Source: an uncultured Bacilli bacterium
GTDB lineage: Bacteria; Bacillota_I; Bacilli_A; RF39; UBA660
Length of the DNA: 64,000 nt
Direction: 5' to 3'
Assembly: GCA_947629205.1 (NCBI GenBank)
Contig: CANRCV010000002.1
Coordinates: 5,958 to 69,957 of the forward strand
Shown here: one piece after another, positions 1 to 8,183 of the stretch
How positions within the stretch are numbered: position 1 is the first letter of the stretch
Layout: each line of letters opens with the position of its first letter
Notes under the pieces: generated by a model
Database searches by the model: none
The model's input: only the letters and a program-made list of their open reading frames with translations
What the model was told of the DNA's origin: nothing
Translations under genes and position numbers: made by a program

Positions 1-1
1 A

Positions 2-442
2 AAATATAATATTAGTGGTGTTCATAAAAATATTGATGACGATACAACAAAATCTTTAATCCCATTACATAGAGAATCGAATGGTACTATTCGTATTTTT
101 AATATTATGCCTACCATTTTGAAAAACCTCGAAATTGGTGGTTTATTATGCATTGATGAAATAGATGTAAAATTACATCCATTATTATTCAAAAAAATTG
201 TGCAAATGTATATGGATAAATCAATTAATAAAAATAATGCTCAATTAATTTATACAGCTCATTCAACATTCTTATTTAACAGCAATGATTTAAGAAGAGA
301 TCAATTATATTTGGTTGATAAAGATGAAGAAGGTAAATCTAAATTATATTCCTTGTCTGCATTTAGAAATTTACGTACTGACTCAGATTATGAGAAAAAA
401 TATCTTTCTGGTCAATTTGGTGCTATTCCATACGAAAAGTAG
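2..442 (+). CDS. AAA-family ATPase (AAA_21/ABC-like), C-terminal fragment; gene begins upstream of window
   Basis: Frame open from nt 2; motifs LLCIDEIDVKLHP and QLIYTAHS typical of AAA_21 ATPases; stop 5 nt before RloB-like gene. Confidence 0.7.
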   Translation, partial: KYNISGVHKNIDDDTTKSLIPLHRESNGTIRIFNIMPTILKNLEIGGLLCIDEIDVKLHPLLFKKIVQMYMDKSINKNNAQLIYTAHSTFLFNSNDLRRDQLYLVDKDEEGKSKLYSLSAFRNLRTDSDYEKKYLSGQFGAIPYEK

Positions 443-447
443 GTGTT

Positions 448-1140
448 TTGATGGGTAGTGATAATTTACATGTAAGAAGAACTGCAGAAAGAAAAAGAAG
501 AAAAGAAAATATAATAAAACAGAAATCAAGCAATTGGTTAGTTGTTTGCGAAGGAACCAAGACGGAACCAAATTATTTTGAAAAAGCTGTTGAGGAAATA
601 AACAAAGAAATAGAGGATGAGTACAAATTAAAGGTAAAAGTGGTTGGAAAGGGTATGAATACAACCTCTTTAGTTAAAGCAGTGGATTTACAAGTTAAAA
701 TAGATAAATACGCTACATCTATAGTTCCCTATGGAAAAATATTTGTGGTATTTGACAAAGATAGTTTTGATTCAAAAGATTTTGATGAAGCTATACAAAT
801 GTGTAAAGATAATGAATATATACCATTATGGTCAAATCAAGCCATAGAATTTTGGTTTCTTCTACATTTTCATTGTATTTACTCAAAAATGGACAGAACG
901 GAATATGCTAAGAAATTAAACGAATATTTTAAAGAAAAAGGATTGAATTATAAATACAAGAAAAATGATGATCATATTTATAACCTTTTGTGTGAGTATG
1001 GTTCTTTAGATAATGCAAGAAAAAATGCCAAAAAGATTAGTTATGAACATCAAAATGATAAACCATCACTAGCAGAAAGTTGTACACAAGTACATAGATT
1101 CTTTGATGAAATAGATGAAAGACTTAAAGAGTTAGAATAA
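448..1140 (+). CDS. RloB-like protein (Toprim-like partner of AAA_21 ATPases; AbiLii-like)
   Basis: N-terminal WLVVCEGTKTEPNYFE signature of RloB family; tightly coupled to upstream ATPase. Confidence 0.65.
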   Translation: MMGSDNLHVRRTAERKRRKENIIKQKSSNWLVVCEGTKTEPNYFEKAVEEINKEIEDEYKLKVKVVGKGMNTTSLVKAVDLQVKIDKYATSIVPYGKIFVVFDKDSFDSKDFDEAIQMCKDNEYIPLWSNQAIEFWFLLHFHCIYSKMDRTEYAKKLNEYFKEKGLNYKYKKNDDHIYNLLCEYGSLDNARKNAKKISYEHQNDKPSLAESCTQVHRFFDEIDERLKELE

Positions 1141-1169
1141 TTTATTTATTTTCTATAATAGAAATAGAG

Positions 1170-1211
1170 TCGAGGAGAAGCACTAAACGTTTAGTATTTC
1201 CTCGATTTTTT
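1170..1211 (+). terminator. intrinsic terminator after ATPase/RloB pair
   Basis: tcgagga...tcctcga stem followed by TTTTTT. Confidence 0.6.
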
Positions 1212-1226
1212 ATGTTATTAAAAAAA

Positions 1227-1259
1227 TTAAGTAAGATTTAAGCAAGATTTAAGTAAGAT
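1227..1259 (+). repeat. 3 x 11-nt tandem repeat TTAAG(T/C)AAGAT
   Basis: ttaagtaagat ttaagcaagat ttaagtaagat read directly. Confidence 0.9.
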
Positions 1260-1284
1260 GCATTAAATCTTACTTACTTTTTTT
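1250..1284 (+). terminator. terminator hairpin whose 5' arm is the third tandem repeat unit
   Basis: taagtaagat / atcttactta 10-bp stem, 7-nt loop, then CTTTTTTT. Confidence 0.55.
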
Positions 1285-1293
1285 GATAACCTT

Positions 1294-1300
1294 TGTCGAA
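1294..1300 (+). promoter_or_regulatory. Spo0A-box-like site TGTCGAA (within TTTGTCGAATC) upstream of STAS/sigma operon
   Basis: Exact match to the B. subtilis 0A-box consensus TGTCGAA, 54 nt upstream of the 1354 start; same 11-mer recurs at 9382-9392(-) and 16386-16396(-). Confidence 0.4.
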
Positions 1301-1353
1301 TCTGTTTAAAAAAATAAAAATTTGTTCTATATTTCATTTAGCAGGTGATATAA

Positions 1354-1686
1354 ATGTTCGAAATGGATTTAGAATACAATAAAGGAATTTTATTTGCTAG
1401 AATGAGTGGGTACTTAACCAAAAATAATTCTTCTAAAATTAATAACTATTTAGTGCCTGTGATTTTAAAGCATAAAATAAAATATTTAGTCTATAACTTA
1501 TTTGAACTTAAAAAGATTGATGAACGAGGTGTACAAGCCATATTAAATACCAAATGTGCTATTAAAACCAATAAAGGAAAAATTTATTTATGTGAGGTAT
1601 CTAATGAGGTTGGTAAAAGTTTAAAACATTTGCATATTAAACAAACGGATGATGAAAAAACAGCTTTACTATTAATGGAAGCCTAA
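1354..1686 (+). CDS. STAS-domain anti-sigma-factor antagonist-like protein (SpoIIAA-like, atypical)
   Basis: 110 aa. Aligns by eye to SpoIIAA (…YLVYNLFELKKIDERGVQAIL… vs …IVLNLEDLSFMDSSGLGVIL…). Immediately precedes a sigma factor. Confidence 0.55.
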   Translation: MFEMDLEYNKGILFARMSGYLTKNNSSKINNYLVPVILKHKIKYLVYNLFELKKIDERGVQAILNTKCAIKTNKGKIYLCEVSNEVGKSLKHLHIKQTDDEKTALLLMEA

Positions 1687-1700
1687 AAGGAGAGAAAGTT

Positions 1701-2351
1701 ATGTCAATAGAAGATTTAATAAAAAATCATACTGGACTTATTTATAAAATAGCTAATCAATATTTTTATGGTGTTGAAAAAGAAGATTTATTTCAAAGTG
1801 GAGTTATAGGACTTTTAAATGCTTATAAAAATTATCAAAAAAATGCATCTGTTAAATTTTCGAGTTATGCATTTAAATATATTTTTGGTGAAATGTATAA
1901 TTTGGCTATGCAAAAACAAATAAAAATAAGTAGAGATTATTTAAAACTTTATCATACGATTGAAAAAGCTAGATATACAATTGTTCAAAAAAAAGGAATG
2001 TTTCCAACGAATGAAGAACTTTCTATATTTTTAAATATTCCTTTAGAAGAATTAGAACATGCTCTATATGTTGGATCTATTACTGTAAGTAGTTTAGATA
2101 AATCTTCTAAAGAAGAACGTAGTTTTTATGAAACAATTGCTGAAGAAGAAAAAATGCCCATTGAAGATAAAATTGTTTTATTGGAAAGTATAGAAAAATT
2201 AAATGAAGAAGAAAGAAAAATAATTGAATATCGTTATTTTGAAGATTTAACGCAAACGGAAATTGCTAGAAAATTAAAAAAAACCCAAGTAATGGTTTCT
2301 CGTTATGAACAAAAAGCAAAAGATAAAATGCGTGAATATATAGCAAGTTAA
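1701..2351 (+). CDS. sigma-70 family RNA polymerase sigma factor, SigF/SigG/SigB-like (group 3)
   Basis: Regions 2-4 recognisable: FSSYAFKYIFGEM (region 2), LTQTEIARKLKKTQVMVSRYEQKA (region 4 HTH); RBS AAGGAGAG. Confidence 0.8.
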   Translation: MSIEDLIKNHTGLIYKIANQYFYGVEKEDLFQSGVIGLLNAYKNYQKNASVKFSSYAFKYIFGEMYNLAMQKQIKISRDYLKLYHTIEKARYTIVQKKGMFPTNEELSIFLNIPLEELEHALYVGSITVSSLDKSSKEERSFYETIAEEEKMPIEDKIVLLESIEKLNEEERKIIEYRYFEDLTQTEIARKLKKTQVMVSRYEQKAKDKMREYIAS

Positions 2352-2509
2352 ACTTTTTCTAATTCTTTTGTTTTATTATAATTTTCTATATATTTGGTTA
2401 AAATATAAACAACAAGATTATTTAAACTCCTTTGTTCTTCTAAAGCTATCATGTCTAACTCCCTTTTTAAATCTTCATCAATTCTTACATAAATCACATC
2501 TTTATTCAT
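2348..2509 (-). CDS. ribbon-helix-helix (CopG/Arc-like) small DNA-binding protein, 53 aa (below ORF-track cutoff)
   Basis: Hand translation MNKDVIYVRIDEDLKRELDMIALEEQRSLNNLVVYILTKYIENYNKTKELEKV. AGGAG 9 nt upstream of the ATG. Beta-strand + two-helix pattern typical of RHH. Its stop overlaps the sigma-gene stop by 4 nt. Confidence 0.6.
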   Translation of the reverse strand: MNKDVIYVRIDEDLKRELDMIALEEQRSLNNLVVYILTKYIENYNKTKELEKV

Positions 2510-2632
2510 GGTTTTGGTCTCCTTATTTTAAGCATATTATACTTTTTATAAAATCAATACTTGCAATATGCTATCATTTCTTGATATTATATTATATAGA
2601 AGAATAGAGTACTTGGAAAGGAAGTAGTAAAA

Positions 2633-4516
2633 TTGGAAAGAAAATATAAAAAATATTTAGTTATAGTAGGATTATTAATTGTTTTAGGGGCCATTACGGG
2701 AGTTAGTTATTCTTGGTGGACATCTACTGCAGAACAAACAGGAGTAAATCAAATTCAAAGTGATTGTTTAAAAATATCTTATACAGATGAAAACCCTATA
2801 AAATTAGATACAACGTATCCTTTAACAGATAAAGAAGGAGAGGCCTTAACTCCTTATACATTTACTATACAAAATACTTGTTCTAACGCTATAGATTATA
2901 CTATAAATTTAGGTATAAGTGATAGTAATACTTTAAATGATGAATATGTTGCTGTCAAGTTAAATGATAATACCAAAAGAATATTAAATAGTTTAGAAAA
3001 AGCTAATATAAAAAACTATACTAAATCTTATGAACTAGCAAAAGGAATATTAAATGGAAATGATTCAAAAGAATATAGTTTAAGACTATGGATGGATGAA
3101 CATGTAACAGTAAGTGATGATACAACAAATAAAACATTTGGAAGTAAAGTCGTAGTAGAAGCAACATTAAATACACTAGCAAAAGTATATACAGATGATA
3201 CATTAAATGGAGCAGATCCAGTAATAAAAGATAATTTAATACCAGTAAAAATAGATAAAGACAATGGAACAGTAAAAAAAGCAAATATAGAAGAAGAATG
3301 GTATGATTATTCTAAGAAAGAGTGGGCAAATGCTGTTATATTAAAAGACAATGGTACTATAGAAGAAGATGGAACTATCAAAGAAGAGAGTATAGAAAGT
3401 TATTTTGTATGGATACCAAAATATAAATATAAAATCTTTGATATGGGAAATTATGAAACACTTGAAACAGTAGTTGAAGATAAAGGAGCAAATACACCAA
3501 TAGAAATTGAATTTGGAATCTATGATACAGTAGATAACACAATAGAGTGTACTACACCACCAAGTGGTGAAAATGGTTCATGTGCAATAGATAAATGGAT
3601 GACACCATCAGCATTTACTGCATTTGGTACAAACGGATTTTGGGTAGGTAAATTTGAAACTGGATATGATGGAGTAACAAGTGCAACAGAAGCTATGCAA
3701 CACAATGAATTGGCAGCAGAAAAAGTTATTATCAAACCCAATGTATATAGTTGGAGAAACATAACAGTTAAAAATATGTTTGATACAAGTTATGCTTATC
3801 AAAGAGAATTAGATAGTCATATGATGAAGAATACCGAATGGGGTGCAGTAGCATACTTACAACATAGTAAATATGGTAGTGGAGAAAGTGTAAGAATCAA
3901 TAATAATTTTGGATATGTAACAGGCTATGCAGCTTTGAATGAACCAACGATTGGATATACTGGAACAAATGAAAAAGAAAATATATATGAAACCCCAAGC
4001 GGATTAGGGCAAGATGGAACATACACAATAAATTACACAAATCCAAAAAGTAAAGTAGCAAGTACAACAGGAAATTATACAGGCATTTATGATATGTCAG
4101 GTGGAGCTTGGGAATATGTAATGGGAGTAATGAAAGGAACAAATAACATTGACTTTACTTTTGGTCAAAGTGGATTTGATACTGGTTTGTTTCCATTTAA
4201 TAATCAAGAAGGTAGTTCTAAATACTATGATATTTATAAATATGGAGCTGATATGACCAATTGGGGAAGAAGAATACTAGGAGATGCAACAGGAGAGATG
4301 GGACCATTTGGAAATAAAAAATATGGTAATCAAACAAGAACAATTTCTTCTTGGCATGATGATGTTGCATACTTTATTAATAACATTTCTCCTTGGTTTC
4401 TTCGTAGTGGTGCTTCCTATAATGGCATTGATACTGGTGTTTTTGCATACACCTTAACCTCTGGTAGCACAACTGAAACAACGAGTTTCCGTATTGTCCT
4501 TTCTCCACAAAACTAA
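2633..4516 (+). CDS. membrane-anchored protein with C-terminal FGE-sulfatase/SUMF1-like (C-type-lectin fold) domain, paralog P1
   Basis: TTG start; N-terminal TM helix. Motifs KNTEWGAVAYL, GNYTGIYDMSGGAWEYVMG and FRIVLSP resemble the FGE-sulfatase signatures (EWEYAAR / GNVWEWV / GFR). Confidence 0.7.
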   Translation: MERKYKKYLVIVGLLIVLGAITGVSYSWWTSTAEQTGVNQIQSDCLKISYTDENPIKLDTTYPLTDKEGEALTPYTFTIQNTCSNAIDYTINLGISDSNTLNDEYVAVKLNDNTKRILNSLEKANIKNYTKSYELAKGILNGNDSKEYSLRLWMDEHVTVSDDTTNKTFGSKVVVEATLNTLAKVYTDDTLNGADPVIKDNLIPVKIDKDNGTVKKANIEEEWYDYSKKEWANAVILKDNGTIEEDGTIKEESIESYFVWIPKYKYKIFDMGNYETLETVVEDKGANTPIEIEFGIYDTVDNTIECTTPPSGENGSCAIDKWMTPSAFTAFGTNGFWVGKFETGYDGVTSATEAMQHNELAAEKVIIKPNVYSWRNITVKNMFDTSYAYQRELDSHMMKNTEWGAVAYLQHSKYGSGESVRINNNFGYVTGYAALNEPTIGYTGTNEKENIYETPSGLGQDGTYTINYTNPKSKVASTTGNYTGIYDMSGGAWEYVMGVMKGTNNIDFTFGQSGFDTGLFPFNNQEGSSKYYDIYKYGADMTNWGRRILGDATGEMGPFGNKKYGNQTRTISSWHDDVAYFINNISPWFLRSGASYNGIDTGVFAYTLTSGSTTETTSFRIVLSPQN

Positions 4517-4531
4517 AAAAGAGGTGTATAT

Positions 4532-6439
4532 ATGAATTTAGAAGATAAAAATGTAAAGAAAAAAATAATGATTGGTATAGGTATAGCTTTTGTAATATTA
4601 GTGGTAGTAGGAACTAGTTTAGCATTATGGTCATTTAATACCAAACAAACAAGTATAAATGAATTAAATAGTTCATGTTTAAAAATAAGTTTAAAAGATG
4701 AAAATGATGCTATTACTTTAGAAAAAGCTCATCCAATAACAAATGATGAAGGAGAAGCTTTAACACCTTATACATTTACTATTCAAAACACTTGTACAAC
4801 AAGTATTTCCTATAATGTTAATTTAGGAATTACAGAAAATTCAACTCTAAATGCTAAATATATAGCAGTAAAATTAGGGGAAGATGAAAAGAAAATTTTA
4901 AATGCATTTACTCCAGCTACATTAGATAATTATAGTGAAGCATATACACTTAAAACAGGAACATTAAGTGGAAAAGATTCAATTACTTATGATTTAAGAT
5001 TATGGATGGATGAAACCACAGAAGGTGAAGAATCCATGAATAAAACCTTTGAAAGTAAGATAGTAATAAGTGCTAGTTTAAATGAATTAGCAGTACTATA
5101 TAAAGAAGATTTATTAAATGGTGCAGATCCAGTATTAGATGAAGAGGGAAAATTAATTCCTGTTACAATAAGTGAAGATAATGGGAAAGTCACCAAAGCC
5201 GATTTAGATACAGAATGGTATAACTATGAAGATCAAAAGTGGGCGAATGCTGTTATTTTAACTGAAAGTGGGAAAAATAAAAATTATAAAGAATTTGATG
5301 AAATCTTAGAAGAAGATATCGAAAGTTATTTTGTATGGATACCAAAGTATCGATATCAAATATTTGATTTAGGAAAATATACAGATGCAAATGGATCATT
5401 AAATGAGAATGCAGCTCAAACAATAGAAATAGAATTTGGACTTACTGATACACAAGATGATGAAAGTAAAAAAGAATGTGCAACACCAAATAAAAGTGGA
5501 GCAGATGGACAATGTGATGTAGGTGATTGGATGACGCATCCAGCCTTCACAGCGTTTGAAGGTTCAAAAGGAATGTGGGTAGGTAAATTTGAAACGGGAT
5601 ATGATGGAGCAACAAGTACAACAGAAGCTGAGCAACATAATGAAATAGCAGAAGATAAAGTAATTATAAAGCCCAATGCATATAGTTGGACAAACATAAC
5701 AATAAAAAATATGTTTGATACAAGTTATGCTTATCAAAGAGAATTAGATAGCCATATGATGAAGAATACAGAATGGGGAGCAGTAGCTTACCTGCAACAT
5801 AGTAAATATGGTAGTGGTGAAAGTGTAAGAATTAATAATAATGGGAACTGTGTAACAGGGTATGCTGCGAAAACTGAACCAACTGTTGGATTTACTTCAT
5901 ATACCGACTATGAAAGACCAAGTGAATTAGGAAAAGACGGAACAAATACAGTAAACTATACAAATCCAGAAAGTAGGGTAGCAAGTACAACTGGAAATTA
6001 CACTGGAGTATACGATATGTCTGGTGGTTGTTGGGAATATGTCATGGGTGTAATAAAAGGATCAAATGGTAGTGGATTTACATTCGGTTCAAGTGGATTT
6101 AGTACCACAACTTTTCCTTTTAAAACTGGAGAAGAAAAATCACAATATTATGATGTTTATGATTATGGTACAAGTGAAGGAACTTACAATCGAAGAATTT
6201 TAGGAGATGCCATAGGAGAGATGGGTCCATTTGGACGAAAGATTTTCGGTTCTCAATCGAGAAGACTCACCTCTTGGTATGACGATGAGGCCTGGTTTGC
6301 TTATTCTACCTACCCTTGGTTCACTCGTGGTGGCGATTTCAACCTTGGTTCTGGCTCTGGTGTCTTTAACTTCCGTCGTCTCAATGGAGGAGTGAACGTC
6401 GGCCATGGTTTCCGTATCGTTCTTGCTCCAACTAAATAA
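4532..6439 (+). CDS. FGE-sulfatase-like domain membrane-anchored protein, paralog P2
   Basis: Same architecture as P1 (TM, N-domain CLKISL…, central YFVWIPKYRYQIFD block, C-terminal GNYTGVYDMSGGCWEYVMG…GFRIVLAP); RBS AGAGGTG. Confidence 0.7.
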   Translation: MNLEDKNVKKKIMIGIGIAFVILVVVGTSLALWSFNTKQTSINELNSSCLKISLKDENDAITLEKAHPITNDEGEALTPYTFTIQNTCTTSISYNVNLGITENSTLNAKYIAVKLGEDEKKILNAFTPATLDNYSEAYTLKTGTLSGKDSITYDLRLWMDETTEGEESMNKTFESKIVISASLNELAVLYKEDLLNGADPVLDEEGKLIPVTISEDNGKVTKADLDTEWYNYEDQKWANAVILTESGKNKNYKEFDEILEEDIESYFVWIPKYRYQIFDLGKYTDANGSLNENAAQTIEIEFGLTDTQDDESKKECATPNKSGADGQCDVGDWMTHPAFTAFEGSKGMWVGKFETGYDGATSTTEAEQHNEIAEDKVIIKPNAYSWTNITIKNMFDTSYAYQRELDSHMMKNTEWGAVAYLQHSKYGSGESVRINNNGNCVTGYAAKTEPTVGFTSYTDYERPSELGKDGTNTVNYTNPESRVASTTGNYTGVYDMSGGCWEYVMGVIKGSNGSGFTFGSSGFSTTTFPFKTGEEKSQYYDVYDYGTSEGTYNRRILGDAIGEMGPFGRKIFGSQSRRLTSWYDDEAWFAYSTYPWFTRGGDFNLGSGSGVFNFRRLNGGVNVGHGFRIVLAPTK

Positions 6440-6456
6440 AAAAATAGGTGATGTAA

Positions 6457-7920
6457 ATGAAATTACAAAAGTTTATTAAAAATAAAAAGCAAAAACAAAT
6501 TTTAATTGGTGCAATTATAGGAATTATTGTACTAATTGGTGGTATAACTTTATACCGTACTTTTGCTTTGTATAAAGAAGAAAAAACTTTTGATATATTA
6601 CAAGGTCAAGTGCCTGATTTTAGTGGTATTTATAAAGAAAAACTACTAAATGGAGCATATCCAGTATTAGATGAAGAGGGAAAGTTAATACCAGTTATTA
6701 TAGGGAACAATGGAAAAGTAACAAAAGCTAGTCTAAACTCTAAATGGTATAAATATGGAGATAAACAGTGGGCAAATGCAGTGATTTTAAAAGAAGGAGT
6801 AGAAACTCCAGAAGATAATGCAGAAATAGATGAAAGTAACATTGAAAGTTATTTTGTATGGATACCAAAGTATCGATACAAAATCTTTGATTTAGGAGAC
6901 ACTTATACAGGATTAGCTACTGTTCAATCTGGTAAAGCACAACAAATAGAAATAGAATTTGGACTTACTGATACACAAGATGAAAAAGAAAACGAATGTG
7001 TAGCACCAGAAAGTGGATCGAATGGTGAATGTAAAAAAGATTATTGGATGACACATCCAGCATTCACAACATTTGGTACCAATGGTTTTTGGGTAGGTAA
7101 ATTTGAAAGTAGTAATGCTGGTAATAAAGTTCAAATAAAACCAAATGTGGTGAGTTGGAAAAGTATAAATATAAAAACTATGTTTGATACAAGTTATAAT
7201 TATCAAAGAAACTTAGATAGCCATATGTTAAAAAATACGGAATGGGGAGCAGTTGCATATCTATCCCATTCAAAATATGGAACTTGTAATAATAATCAAT
7301 GTACTGAAGTAAGACTTAATAATAATAGTGGTTATGTAACAGGATATGCAGCAAAGACAGAACCAACAACTGGATATAATGCTTACAATAGTTATGAAAA
7401 TAAAACACCAACACAAGATGGAAATAGTACAATAAATTATACGAATTCATTAAGTCAAGTTGCAAGTACAACTGGAAATTACACTGGAGTATATGACATG
7501 AGTGGAGGAGCTTGGGAATATGTGATGGGTGTAATGAAAAATGCAAATAATAATGGTCTATCACTTAGTTCAAGTGGATTTACTTTAAATGATATTCCAT
7601 TTAAAACTGATGAAGAAATAGATTATTCAAAATATTATGATGCTTATGAGTATAGTTCAGTTTACACAACTTATAATAAAAGAATTCTAGGAGACGCAAC
7701 AGGAGAATTAGGACCATTTGAGCAAAAAAGATATAATAATTCAACAAGAATAATTTCCTCTTGGTACGATGATGAATCCTATTATCTTTATAGACCTTGG
7801 GCGGTTCGTGGTGGTGTTTTCTCTTATGGTATTGGTTCAGGGATATTTGCTTTTGATCAAAATGAAGGTGTTGGACTAGAACTTGTAACTTTCCGTGTAG
7901 CTCTTGCTCCAACTAATTAA
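6457..7920 (+). CDS. FGE-sulfatase-like domain membrane-anchored protein, paralog P3 (lacks N-domain of P1/P2)
   Basis: N-terminus MKLQKFIKNKKQKQILIG… shared with P4 and P5; C-terminal GNYTGVYDMSGGAWEYVMG…FRVALAP. Confidence 0.7.
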   Translation: MKLQKFIKNKKQKQILIGAIIGIIVLIGGITLYRTFALYKEEKTFDILQGQVPDFSGIYKEKLLNGAYPVLDEEGKLIPVIIGNNGKVTKASLNSKWYKYGDKQWANAVILKEGVETPEDNAEIDESNIESYFVWIPKYRYKIFDLGDTYTGLATVQSGKAQQIEIEFGLTDTQDEKENECVAPESGSNGECKKDYWMTHPAFTTFGTNGFWVGKFESSNAGNKVQIKPNVVSWKSINIKTMFDTSYNYQRNLDSHMLKNTEWGAVAYLSHSKYGTCNNNQCTEVRLNNNSGYVTGYAAKTEPTTGYNAYNSYENKTPTQDGNSTINYTNSLSQVASTTGNYTGVYDMSGGAWEYVMGVMKNANNNGLSLSSSGFTLNDIPFKTDEEIDYSKYYDAYEYSSVYTTYNKRILGDATGELGPFEQKRYNNSTRIISSWYDDESYYLYRPWAVRGGVFSYGIGSGIFAFDQNEGVGLELVTFRVALAPTN

Positions 7921-7978
7921 AAAGAATTAAGAACAATCTGTTCTTGAAAAAATATATAAACTATAATATAATCAAAAC

Positions 7979-8049
7979 GTAAGTGCTACCAAATTAAATA
8001 GCACTCACATGGTTGTTTGCACTATACCTTTAATAGGTTGGTGCTTTTT
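7979..8049 (+). ncRNA. candidate small RNA, copy 1 (inside 91-nt direct repeat 7967-8057)
   Basis: Promoter TTGAAA(7944-7949)-17 nt-TATAAT(7967-7972). Hairpin gtaagtgcta…tagcactcac. Terminator agcacta-t-acct / aggt-tggtgct followed by TTTTT. Confidence 0.45.
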
Positions 8050-8183
8050 ATATTGATTGAAATAAAACATTATGATAAAAACGCTTTTATAGTTGTAAAT
8101 GAAAAAAACGTTCAAAATGGGTTTATCAAACAATCGTTTTCTCTATTGTAAAGAATAAATAAGAAAAAGGAAGAAAATTGATT

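Noticed and set aside
383-664. 93-aa minus-strand ORF spanning the ATPase/RloB junction
   Set aside because: It is antisense to two well-supported genes and gives a low-complexity product.
2368-2607. 79-aa plus-strand ORF between the sigma gene and P1
   Set aside because: Low-complexity F/Y/L-rich product with no RBS. The opposite strand encodes a convincing RHH protein with an RBS (2348-2509).
3021-7912. Many long minus-strand ORFs inside the paralog genes (e.g. 3021-3284, 3520-3762, 5416-5697, 6913-7206, 7601-7912; likewise 51989-52186)
   Set aside because: The sense strand is extremely A-rich, so the antisense strand is A-poor and lacks stop codons. Their products are low-complexity L/F/S/I strings without RBS. 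They are compositional shadow ORFs.
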